A stretch of DNA of 64,000 nt from positions 1 to 64,000 of the IMG/VR virus record IMGVR_UViG_3300033067_000589. One strand, 5' to 3'. The position numbers and the translations under genes are program-made. A model generated the notes under the pieces. The model worked only from the letters and a program-made list of their open reading frames with translations. It ran no database searches and had not been told where the DNA came from. How positions within the stretch are numbered: the stretch's first letter is position 1; each line of letters starts with the position of its first letter. Positions 1 through 9,751 of this stretch are shown here, piece by piece. Source of the stretch: a virus. Lineage: Duplodnaviria > Caudoviricetes.

Positions 1-2
1 AT

Positions 3-791
3 AATACAGTAGGTACGCCAGTAACCCGCCCCGCCGACCTATTCGCCACAACGGGCTTTCAGTTCCAACGGCGGTATAATCAAAGAGAGGGGACGTTCTA
101 TGTCAATACACGTGCGATTAGCAACCTTACGACGACAGTAGCGGTATTCTCAGACGGTACGACAAACAACGAAACTAGACTACTTGCAAACGGAACGCTA
201 ACTATTCGCAAGGGGGGCGTTCAGATAGCTACGATACAAGCGACAGGAGCGACGCTAAACGCTCATTCGATTTTCGGTTTTACCTACAAAGGAACGCGTA
301 TCGTAATCACACGAAACGGTGCGACGGTGGGAGTTGTAACGGCGAGCGAGGAACTAGCAACGAATTACACGACGTTTCAACTTGGAACGGGTATTTACGT
401 TCGTAATCTACGTTACGTACCGCGTGCTTTTTCAGACTCAGAATTACAGTTCGTTACAAATCCTTTGTATTTCGTAGGCTTAGAAGGCGACAAAGTACCT
501 ACAATCAACGACCTTTCGAGTGGTGCATTTATGGATATAGAAGATATTTATGCAGCAAATCCAGAGATTCAAACATTTTTTGGCATAGGGTCGGCGCAAA
601 CAATTGTCATAAATAGACCATATCCATTTACATTAAGGCAAGTTTATTTATCTCCATCTGGGGTAACAAGTAGTACACTCCCTACATTGCCTTCCGCTGG
701 ATTTTTTGCAGCCAATACAGATTATAATATCGTATTCAATGCAACTAATGTATCACAGCTCACAATATCAATAACCAGAGTATTAGTATGA
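3..791 (+). CDS. C-terminal part of a tail fibre/adhesin with a LamG/ConA-like domain (5' truncated by the window edge)
   Basis: Frame is open from nt 3 (NTVGTPVTRPADLF...) into the listed 327..791 ORF. VTRPAD resembles the phage fibre 'VTRAAD' motif, followed by a beta-rich domain ending LRYVPRAFSDSEL. Confidence 0.6.
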   Translation, partial: NTVGTPVTRPADLFATTGFQFQRRYNQREGTFYVNTRAISNLTTTVAVFSDGTTNNETRLLANGTLTIRKGGVQIATIQATGATLNAHSIFGFTYKGTRIVITRNGATVGVVTASEELATNYTTFQLGTGIYVRNLRYVPRAFSDSELQFVTNPLYFVGLEGDKVPTINDLSSGAFMDIEDIYAANPEIQTFFGIGSAQTIVINRPYPFTLRQVYLSPSGVTSSTLPTLPSAGFFAANTDYNIVFNATNVSQLTISITRVLV

Positions 792-1180
792 AATTAATAT
801 TAGCAAAACCCCACGTAACCACTCTTGTTGTTACATCAGTAAAAGTTCTAGTAACTGGAGATGTAAATTCTCAGTTATCTAATTTTCGTCTTACATTTAT
901 TGCCGATGCAAGAGCTGATGTAGCTTACGACGAAAACGGATCACCGGTACTGGATGAGAATGGAAAAGTTACCTATGCTATAACACCTACCAATGGCCCA
1001 ATTGTGGTGGATAGTGTAGATAAGGAAGGATTACCATTTGACTTGTATTCTGGATTAAGAAAAGCATCTACTCAAAGTGAATTATTAGAGATGATTAATC
1101 CTATGTTACAACAATATAACTCAGGGTTTACTGGAACACTTGCTGGATTAGATATGAATGTTGAACTGGTTGAATTTTAA
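788..1180 (+). CDS. Tail-fibre-associated protein (possible chaperone), paralogue of 48448..48816
   Basis: ATGA overlap with the fibre gene; shares GDV and 'IN..L..(Y/F)..G...GL...V' segments with 48448..48816. Confidence 0.45.
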   Translation: MKLILAKPHVTTLVVTSVKVLVTGDVNSQLSNFRLTFIADARADVAYDENGSPVLDENGKVTYAITPTNGPIVVDSVDKEGLPFDLYSGLRKASTQSELLEMINPMLQQYNSGFTGTLAGLDMNVELVEF

Positions 1181-1192
1181 GGCAATTCGTTT

Positions 1193-1223
1193 AAAAAGGA
1201 GAACTTTTGATTCTCCTTTTTTT
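1193..1223. terminator. Bidirectional intrinsic terminator
   Basis: AAAAAGGAGAA...TTCTCCTTTTT hairpin between convergent genes. Confidence 0.8.
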
Positions 1224-1884
1224 ATTCTATTAGTGAAGTTATTATATCTAGGTTTTCAAGTATATACTTTCTCCTGTATTCACTATCCTTATCTTTATTT
1301 AGTAGCTTTATATTTAATCTTTGAAGTGCATTTAGCAACTTCAATTCTTTTTCACTTAATCCGTTTCTTACGCCACCTTCGTACCTTCCGATGCAAATCT
1401 TATTGAGAAATCTAGCTTCATTTGAATACACAAAAGGATTAGGGCGACGCTCCTTGTTTCTTTCATAATAAGAAAGTATAGATTCGCACATTTCTTTATA
1501 GTGGTCCCCAGCTTCATTTCTCACCTCTATTAAGTTATCATACACCCACTTTATAACTTGCAACTCAAATTTAGGAGAAAGCCACATAGCGAATTTTACA
1601 AACAAATAAGGGTGCATCCATGTACCTCCACCGTGCCTTCCTCTTGTTGTTTCGTGTGTTTTTAAATGGGCGGTATTCCCCCTATTTAAAACTATCTCAT
1701 TTTCAAGCTCTTGTATAAAGTCTTTAGTACCCTTGTTTTCCCAAAAGTCCTTAAACCTTTTTTGAGACTGACTGTTAGAATTGTAAATATCCAATAGCGA
1801 GGTAGCAAAAAAGAATCCATCTTTTGTTCTTTGCAAAACTTCTGAATCCATAAAACCACGCTTCATTACTTGATTTGTCTTCAT
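1222..1884 (-). CDS. KilA-N domain DNA-binding protein
   Basis: GGGTWMHPYLFVKFAMWLSPKFELQV signature. Confidence 0.9.
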   Translation of the reverse strand: MKTNQVMKRGFMDSEVLQRTKDGFFFATSLLDIYNSNSQSQKRFKDFWENKGTKDFIQELENEIVLNRGNTAHLKTHETTRGRHGGGTWMHPYLFVKFAMWLSPKFELQVIKWVYDNLIEVRNEAGDHYKEMCESILSYYERNKERRPNPFVYSNEARFLNKICIGRYEGGVRNGLSEKELKLLNALQRLNIKLLNKDKDSEYRRKYILENLDIITSLIE

Positions 1885-1911
1885 AATACTTTAATTGATT
1901 TGTTTATAGGT

Positions 1912-1919
1912 CAAATATA
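1912..1919 (-). promoter_or_regulatory. Bacteroidota-type -7 promoter box (TATATTTG) for the KilA-N gene
   Basis: Matches TAnnTTTG about 30 nt upstream of the ATG. Confidence 0.65.
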
Positions 1920-1961
1920 CGAAAAATATCTAATATATAGAAATTAAAATACTATTTAAAA

Positions 1962-1995
1962 ACAAAAAAAAACCAGACGTAAAACATCTGGCTTT
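1962..1995 (-). terminator. Intrinsic terminator ending the minus-strand operon
   Basis: Minus-strand CCAGATGT-TTT-ACGTCTGG stem followed by a long T run. Confidence 0.7.
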
Positions 1996-2037
1996 TAAAA
2001 CTAAATTGTTCAATATACTAAAACATCAATTTCTTTA

Positions 2038-2511
2038 TTAGAATATTTCAGAACTATCATCCTCTCTTACTTCAATGGTTGTGCCTTTCACAAGAAGCAT
2101 CGCATCATCATTGATAACACCTGTTATCTTTGTGAGCTTCGCTGATTTTACAAATACATTAGATATAGTAAACAAACCAATAGCCTTGTTTGATGCACGT
2201 TGTACCGTTTCTTCCTCAACTAAAATGGTGTATGGGGTGTGCTTTTCTTTTCCGGTATTTTCGTTAATATCAACCATAGATACAACTACCTCGAAGAATA
2301 CACCTTCTTTGTCTAGTACGCCCGGTGAATAAACGATGTCGCTAATCTTCACCTCTTTGATTTGATTGACAGATAGATTAAAGAACCCTTCAAATTCCTT
2401 ATGGATTAACCTTTCTGCGTCACCAAAATTTACAGCGAACACAAGATGATTATCTACCACTATTTTGCCTTCTGGCAATGTGTACGAGAATTGAACTAAA
2501 TACTTTTTCAT
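2038..2511 (-). CDS. DUF4494 family protein
   Basis: Y..LV.AVNFGDAE..I and DINENTGKEK.....ILVE pattern typical of this Bacteroidota family. Confidence 0.8.
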   Translation of the reverse strand: MKKYLVQFSYTLPEGKIVVDNHLVFAVNFGDAERLIHKEFEGFFNLSVNQIKEVKISDIVYSPGVLDKEGVFFEVVVSMVDINENTGKEKHTPYTILVEEETVQRASNKAIGLFTISNVFVKSAKLTKITGVINDDAMLLVKGTTIEVREDDSSEIF

Positions 2512-2747
2512 AGTTTGTTTTGTCTTTCTTGTTTAATTTTTTCATCCAACTTGATACTAAGTACTCTAATCTCTTTGAGTAACTTACCAATCATCACTGT
2601 TCTTTTTCTGGACCTTGAGCCAGATGATAGATTGTTTTTCTCTAGGTATTTCACCTCAATCTCCTGTGCTGTGGCTGTCATCAGTTTTTCAGCCTCTCTT
2701 GTTGCATTTAGCAAATCTTCTGATAATTGTTCTTTAGTTAATTCCAT
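2508..2747 (-). CDS. Hypothetical protein
   Basis: 79 aa ORF overlapping its neighbours in a packed operon. Confidence 0.6.
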   Translation of the reverse strand: MELTKEQLSEDLLNATREAEKLMTATAQEIEVKYLEKNNLSSGSRSRKRTVMIGKLLKEIRVLSIKLDEKIKQERQNKL

Positions 2748-2940
2748 CGTCTTTTTGAGTAAAAAATTGAAATAATGTGTAAATAGCTAGTACTGGTGCA
2801 AATAACGTAAGTAATAAAACCGTGATAACAAACTGGACTTTACTTAAACCACCGATATTTATGTTGTGGATAACAGTGTGAGGTCTTATGATATAAAAGC
2901 CAATAACCAAGTAAACAAAAGCAAAAATCAATAGCTCCAT
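2734..2940 (-). CDS. Small membrane protein
   Basis: 68 aa with two hydrophobic segments. Confidence 0.6.
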   Translation of the reverse strand: MELLIFAFVYLVIGFYIIRPHTVIHNINIGGLSKVQFVITVLLLTLFAPVLAIYTLFQFFTQKDDGIN

Positions 2941-2946
2941 AATTGT

Positions 2947-3165
2947 TCATAATTTTTGAAATGTATTTTTGTAGTAATCCTCCGAGATGAAAAAGTAATC
3001 ATCTTCTGTGCCTTCTACACTTTGAAAATATCCATTCTGGATTTCATCCCATGTGTACATATCAAAAATATTCTTCACATTATCATCTAGCCCATTTTTC
3101 TCTATGTACTCCAATGCTGGAACTAATAATAAATCTCCTTTTAATGTATGCCTTTCAAATGTCAT
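2947..3165 (-). CDS. Hypothetical protein
   Basis: 72 aa acidic ORF in operon. Confidence 0.6.
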   Translation of the reverse strand: MTFERHTLKGDLLLVPALEYIEKNGLDDNVKNIFDMYTWDEIQNGYFQSVEGTEDDYFFISEDYYKNTFQKL

Positions 3166-3170
3166 AGTTT

Positions 3171-3899
3171 TTAAAAGTTACGAATTACATTTCCTTTCTT
3201 AATGTGCTTCTCCAGTACTAGCCTATCAAACACTGAAATCTTATCTGCATCCTCGAAGTTGTACAATGCCTCAGATATGATTGGGCATTCTTGCATGAAG
3301 ATTTTCTTGACTTCCTCTGCTACCATACGTATCTCCTTCTGTGCTGTATGATGAAGTCTTTGAGATAAGAAACTAATCCAAGACCGGATATTGCCATTTA
3401 GATTCATCGTGGTTGTTGCATTTTCAGTTAAGATAAACCTAGCTGTTTCTGGTGCAATACCTTTATCTATTGCGTGGCGATACACCATCTCTGTCTGCTT
3501 CTGTAACTCATCGTACATCGCAATAACATGGGTATTTGTCGTAACCTCTCCACTGGATTGTCTATTTGACTTACCGGCAACCCTTAGTTCAATATCTTCA
3601 AACTCGGTAACAATAGCATACCTTTGGGAAAACTCCTGTGGCTTGATTTCGTGTCTTAAAATCTCCCTACCCATTGCACGAGATGTCTTTACTTGGATAC
3701 CAAGATTTGCCTGCTCATAGATTGATGTATGACCCTCCATAGAGCAGTGACGAATTAATTTATAAGGTTCGTCAAATAATTCATTCACCTCTCTGGATGA
3801 TGATACCCTAGCATTGCCTACTACAATCTCATCAATACTCTTTCCTTCATACTCAGTGCCTGCTGCACCTGTGGTTTTAGATATTAGGCGTACTTCCAT
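3171..3899 (-). CDS. thyX: FAD-dependent thymidylate synthase ThyX
   Basis: ARVSS, GHTSIYE, EILRH...EFSQRY, APETARFIL, RLHHTAQKEIR motifs. Confidence 0.88.
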   Translation of the reverse strand: MEVRLISKTTGAAGTEYEGKSIDEIVVGNARVSSSREVNELFDEPYKLIRHCSMEGHTSIYEQANLGIQVKTSRAMGREILRHEIKPQEFSQRYAIVTEFEDIELRVAGKSNRQSSGEVTTNTHVIAMYDELQKQTEMVYRHAIDKGIAPETARFILTENATTTMNLNGNIRSWISFLSQRLHHTAQKEIRMVAEEVKKIFMQECPIISEALYNFEDADKISVFDRLVLEKHIKKGNVIRNF

Positions 3900-4278
3900 T
3901 TTCTTTTGCTTGTTCTGATGCTAGATATTTTGATTTAATTCCGTTGTCTTCCAATTCCTGTAACGCAGCTTCGAGTGCATTTGCTAAGGCATTGTACTCA
4001 TCAATCAATTTGTCGTACTTGTCTTCGTAGTTGATTACTACATTTATCAAAGACAAGATTGCTTTCTTTTTTGTACTTACGTGAATAATATTGTCCTCGT
4101 TTTTAAATATCCACAATGGGCAAGTTAAAGACTTTACCTCCCCTTTTTCGTCTTTCTCACTTTCGTAAGGAACAAAAAATGAATGGTCTTCAATGTTATC
4201 ATTTGTTACAATCTTATCCTCAAAATGCTCGGTGATTTGAATTAGCTTTAATGCTTTTTCATCTTCTTCTTTTTTCAT
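3877..4278 (-). CDS. Hypothetical protein (likely start MKKEED at 4278)
   Basis: ORF with C-terminal coiled coil; internal ATG preceded by A-rich sequence. Confidence 0.55.
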   Translation of the reverse strand: MKKEEDEKALKLIQITEHFEDKIVTNDNIEDHSFFVPYESEKDEKGEVKSLTCPLWIFKNEDNIIHVSTKKKAILSLINVVINYEDKYDKLIDEYNALANALEAALQELEDNGIKSKYLASEQAKENGSTPNI

Positions 4279-4403
4279 AATACTTGTGTTGTTTGCGTTA
4301 ATAATGCCCAAAGGTACAATGAAATGGCGATATTGCAATAAAAAATATGTATTTTATTTTTAATAAGGAAAATTTGTATCTTTATTGCAAAATTCAATCA
4401 AGT

Positions 4404-5000
4404 ATGAGATTACTGACTAGGGAAGAGATTATAGATGTAGCGGATAGATATGATATAGAACCGGAGCTTATTATGGCTGTGGATAAAAAAGAATCAAGAG
4501 GTTCTGGGTTTTATTTGGATGATGGCCCACATAAAGGAGAATTAAAGATACTATTTGAGGGTCATCACTTTAGGAGACTCACAAAAAGAAAATATGATCG
4601 TTCACATCCTCATTTATCTTACTTATTTAAAGATAGAAGACAATACTACCGGAGAGGTCAGTTAGAGTTTGATAGGTTACTGGAGGCAATTAAGCTAGAT
4701 GCAACCGCTGCATTAATGTCAGCCAGTTTTGGTAGGTATCAAATCATGGGATTTAACTTTCAAGTACTAGGTTATTCTCGTGTCCAAGAAATGGTAACAG
4801 ACTTCTATCGTGGAGAGGATAGACAACTTGATGGATTTGTATCATTCTTGAAGAATACTAGGGTTCGGGGCCACTCGCTCCTTAATCATCTAAGGAATAA
4901 GAATTTTGAAGCGTTTGCACTGGGATACAATGGTGCTTCATACAAAGTTAATAATTATCACACAGACATAGAAAGATTCTACAATGAGCTTAAAAAGTAA
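4404..5000 (+). CDS. Endolysin, N-acetylmuramidase (DUF3380 family)
   Basis: AV..KESRG.GF, ILFEGH.F, SASFGRYQIMGFN, FALGYNG..YKVNNY motifs; likely start MRLLT at 4404. Confidence 0.9.
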   Translation: MRLLTREEIIDVADRYDIEPELIMAVDKKESRGSGFYLDDGPHKGELKILFEGHHFRRLTKRKYDRSHPHLSYLFKDRRQYYRRGQLEFDRLLEAIKLDATAALMSASFGRYQIMGFNFQVLGYSRVQEMVTDFYRGEDRQLDGFVSFLKNTRVRGHSLLNHLRNKNFEAFALGYNGASYKVNNYHTDIERFYNELKK

Positions 5001-5541
5001 ATTATTATCACTCATCGGCACTGGTGAAGGTTTAGGTAAACTCGCAGATAAAGTTATTGAAAGTAGGTACACGAAAGAAGAACGTGCCGAAATGGATTAC
5101 AAGGTTCTTGAGATGGCAGAGCTATCAAGAGCACGTTCAGAAGAAATAGATCATCTTGAGTTCATGAAGCAACTTGAGATGTTTGAAAAAGAGCAAGAAC
5201 TACATCAGCAAGATAGGGTAAATGCCCGGTCAAGAGAGATTGAAGTAACTAAACTTGATGGTGCTACATGGCTACAAAAAAATTTCTCTCATATTATAGC
5301 AACCGTATTTGCTATTTTTTCTTTCACTATAATCCTTATTGTTCTTACTGGAAATGCTAAGGCAGATGAGCGTACACAAGAAAGAATTATGACTATTGCA
5401 GAGTATGTGATGGTTGCTATCATTTCCTATTACCTTGGTTCTTCTATTGGCTCATCTCGTAAGCAAGAGGTAATCGAAAGGAAAGGAACTAGGTCATCGG
5501 TCGATACTGGTAATAAAAAGTATGAAGCTGAAACAGAATAG
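4984..5541 (+). CDS. Holin-like protein (GTA-type 3TM holin family)
   Basis: Overlaps the endolysin; coiled coil, 'DRVNAR.REI', two TM segments, 'SYYLGSSIGS' end motif. Confidence 0.75.
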   Translation: MSLKSKLLSLIGTGEGLGKLADKVIESRYTKEERAEMDYKVLEMAELSRARSEEIDHLEFMKQLEMFEKEQELHQQDRVNARSREIEVTKLDGATWLQKNFSHIIATVFAIFSFTIILIVLTGNAKADERTQERIMTIAEYVMVAIISYYLGSSIGSSRKQEVIERKGTRSSVDTGNKKYEAETE

Positions 5542-5543
5542 AG

Positions 5544-5574
5544 AATAACTCCCAAAAATCTGGGAGTTATTTTT
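5544..5574. terminator. Bidirectional intrinsic terminator
   Basis: AATAACTCCCA...TGGGAGTTATT perfect stem between convergent genes. Confidence 0.8.
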
Positions 5575-5920
5575 AATACTTCAATGCCCTTACTGCTATG
5601 TGCTTCAAGTCTTCAAAGATTGGTCTTGTATTCGTCTTTACCAATTCTTTTGCTGTTGGCTCTGGTATCTCATACATATTGGAAAACTTAAATAACTTGG
5701 CTAAATTCTCCTCAGAAACCAAATAGGGTTCTCTTTTTTTTGACATCTGGAACTCATTATCTATATAACCTCCAAACACTTGCATTACATATCCATTTGC
5801 TTCGTTTCTTCCTATTCTCAATATACTCATGGAATTATCTTTACTAAAGAAGAATCTACATAACCTATTGTCGAACACTGGTATATTCTTTCTTTCTAGT
5901 GCTGTTTTTGGCTTACTCAT
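5573..5920 (-). CDS. Hypothetical protein
   Basis: 115 aa ORF in operon. Confidence 0.6.
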   Translation of the reverse strand: MSKPKTALERKNIPVFDNRLCRFFFSKDNSMSILRIGRNEANGYVMQVFGGYIDNEFQMSKKREPYLVSEENLAKLFKFSNMYEIPEPTAKELVKTNTRPIFEDLKHIAVRALKY

Positions 5921-6285
5921 ATTTGGTTTCTTCTAATTTTAAATCCTAACTCATAGGCAAGTTCACCTATCTCTTCAATCTTTCCATTACAATGATTGCA
6001 AGATGCCATCCAGTAATTCTCATCTAAATAAAGCTCTTTCGTTGCCTTGCCTTTTTTATGATGAACTCCTTGTGCAAAATGTGTGCAGCCATCTAGTTTG
6101 ACCTCACACATTTTTCTTACATCTAGGAAGACCCTCATTTTTGGTTTATACTCCTTTAGTAAATCCGATTGTGATTTGGAACAATTACCTAACCTTTTCT
6201 GCGGAGTACAAGCCTTACATCTCCCCTTGCTAAATATATAATTTTCTTTATTGCACACTACGCAAATCTTCTTTTTGAGTTTCAT
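5917..6285 (-). CDS. HNH endonuclease-like protein with N-terminal Zn finger (likely start MKLKKK at 6285)
   Basis: CVVC...CKAC, CEVKLDGC...VHHK...WMASCNHCN pattern. Confidence 0.7.
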   Translation of the reverse strand: MKLKKKICVVCNKENYIFSKGRCKACTPQKRLGNCSKSQSDLLKEYKPKMRVFLDVRKMCEVKLDGCTHFAQGVHHKKGKATKELYLDENYWMASCNHCNGKIEEIGELAYELGFKIRRNQI

Positions 6286-6292
6286 CTTGTTT

Positions 6293-7559
<1,267 letters not shown>

Positions 7560-7583
7560 TGCCTTGTATTGGTTGAAATGGGA

Positions 7584-7652
7584 AAATCGGTTGAGAAACG
7601 CTCCGGTAATAACGTGTTTACGCCAGCCTTATTGCAATCTCTCAACCGATTT
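7584..7652 (-). promoter_or_regulatory. Structured 5' leader (13-bp perfect stem) directly downstream of a TAACTTTG box at 7660..7667
   Basis: AAATCGGTTGAGA (7584-7596) and TCTCAACCGATTT (7640-7652) are exact reverse complements. Confidence 0.55.
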
Positions 7653-7654
7653 AA

Positions 7655-8563
7655 CTATGCAAAGTTAGTTAGAAACTTATCAACTTGCAAATAAAATTTA
7701 TCTGATGTTATAAGTTTTTTTCCGTATTGGAATAACTCATTAACTTTCGTAGAATCATCCATCTGGATATTGTCGAATAATTCAAAGTTAATCCTTGTAA
7801 AGTTAGGCAAAAGGTTCTCACACTCATACACAACTGCATCATTGTTTGCTTCCATCATTGTATTAGTGATTCTTGTAATCCACTCCAATTTACCCCACTT
7901 TCCAGAATTAGGAATTGGACTTTTGTATCTTCCTGTTCCAACACTAAGTACATTTAGCTTACTCAGGTCTTTTTCTTTTAAACCATAATATTGATTATGC
8001 TTCATCACCTCAGATACCGCAGCCATAGTTGGATTGTTGATATAGATACCACCATCAACAAGTTGTCTCCCTTCGTATGGAAGTGGAGGAAAGTACGTAG
8101 GTGCTGCTGATGTTGCCAACGCTGCATCTACCATTTTAACATCCGGCATACTTCTACTTTTAAACATGAATACCTCGTTATTCAAAACATCATAAGAAGT
8201 AACCATTGTATTGCAAGTACCATTCTTTAATTTGCTTAAATCGAAGTAGTCATAAGCAACCTCTTCTAATCCACATCTTGAGTACTTTGGATTAAAGAAG
8301 GAGTTTACCCCATTAAATACTTTTCCAACCTTACTTTTTTGTGGAAATATCTCATCCCCATACTCCATATAAATATCAAGTATAGATTCTAAGTTTCCAG
8401 TAAGAGAATAACCGAGAGATATGATTCCCCCGGTTGAAGTTCCTGCCATCAAAGAAATATTATTTCTTAGTGGCGCACCATTTCTTAATTCAATGGCTTT
8501 TAGTGCCATTATGGAGACTATACCTTTTAGTCCTCCTCCATCAATAGAGATTATATTTGTCAT
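7655..8563 (-). CDS. Patatin-like phospholipase (CapV-like)
   Basis: DGGGLKG, GTSTG, SAAPTYF and VDGG..NNP catalytic motifs all intact. Confidence 0.9.
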   Translation of the reverse strand: MTNIISIDGGGLKGIVSIMALKAIELRNGAPLRNNISLMAGTSTGGIISLGYSLTGNLESILDIYMEYGDEIFPQKSKVGKVFNGVNSFFNPKYSRCGLEEVAYDYFDLSKLKNGTCNTMVTSYDVLNNEVFMFKSRSMPDVKMVDAALATSAAPTYFPPLPYEGRQLVDGGIYINNPTMAAVSEVMKHNQYYGLKEKDLSKLNVLSVGTGRYKSPIPNSGKWGKLEWITRITNTMMEANNDAVVYECENLLPNFTRINFELFDNIQMDDSTKVNELFQYGKKLITSDKFYLQVDKFLTNFA

Positions 8564-9427
8564 TTAGAATTAAAGTTTATATACATCGAAGATTCTGTAT
8601 TAGGAATTAAATCATTTACACCACAAAATCCATTACATTCAAATAGTGGCTCTACTTTCATTTGTGGCATATCATCTATACATTTTAGTTCTGGATATGC
8701 AGGGTTCTTTTTTAAGAAAACAAATGCTTTCCATTTTATACCGGTTGATTCTACTACCTTCTTTGCAAAGTTACTTTGGTCTTTTAGCATTGTAACTGGC
8801 TCACCTCTTAATTCAGTAAGATGGTGCTCCGTCTCTGCCATCTCATCGAACTTTTCTGGAAATTCCCTTTGCATTTTTTGCCAGTATCCAATCCCACCCT
8901 GTACACAGCCAGTCTGAAAACAGTTATTATTTCTAAATCCAAATTGATACATTCTCGGAATAGTTGTGATTTAACCTCATACTAGATGAGCGATTAAATT
9001 CTTTTTTGTCAAATTCAAAACCAAATACCTGATGGTCAAAATGATTTGTCTCTTGCCATTTTTCTCTTACTCTTCTTTTTATCTCAGTGGAGCATATAGC
9101 TCCAGTCGCCACACAGAGAGATTTGTGCTTAATCCAAACATCCTTTATGCTTCCATATTCGATACCAATATCAATAAATGTATAATTTGGCTTATTGTTG
9201 CCACAATAGTCTATCTTGGGCTTTATAGCACTAATTGACTCTATTTGTAAACCATACCATTTTTCACAATCTCTCTTGAAGCGATATGTATCTTTATCCT
9301 CATTCATGGTATCAATCATAATGACTCTGCATTTATTATTTTGTGAAAACAAATCTAATGCAACCTTACAAGCAACGGCAGATGTTATGCCACCTGACCA
9401 CCAACAAATAATAGTTTTTCCTTTCAT
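8560..9427 (-). pseudogene. PAPS-reductase-like (adenine nucleotide alpha-hydrolase) gene split into 8933..9427 and 8560..8952
   Basis: The N half has the WWSGGITSAVA PP-loop; the C half has NNNC..TGCVQGGIGYWQK. The two are in different frames, joined at ...LNH / (T)IPRMY. Confidence 0.65.
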
Positions 9428-9438
9428 CTTGTTTTTAT

Positions 9439-9738
9439 TTATTGTAATTCAAAGTATGTTTTCTTTTTAAATGTATTGTTAGCTGGCTTGGACTTGTATT
9501 CTCTCATCCAAGCTGTAAAAGTCACTAAGTTAAACCGGAAGCTATCAACCCCAAGGAAACCTGTCGAACCCTGCATTCCAATCTCTTGGGCCTGTTTAGT
9601 TGTAATTTCTTTTGGATGCACTTTTAGCCAATTAATAGCCAACTGTACCGCTGCCTCTTCTGATAGAGCTTGTTGCATATTAAATGCACACATCAAAAAT
9701 ACTCTTGCTAAATCTACTGAATTTACGTGATTTTCCAT
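9439..9738 (-). CDS. Hypothetical protein (likely start MENHV at 9738)
   Basis: ORF in operon between the methyltransferase and the PAPS-reductase-like gene. Confidence 0.55.
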   Translation of the reverse strand: MENHVNSVDLARVFLMCAFNMQQALSEEAAVQLAINWLKVHPKEITTKQAQEIGMQGSTGFLGVDSFRFNLVTFTAWMREYKSKPANNTFKKKTYFELQ

Positions 9739-9751
9739 AGTTAAACTTGTG

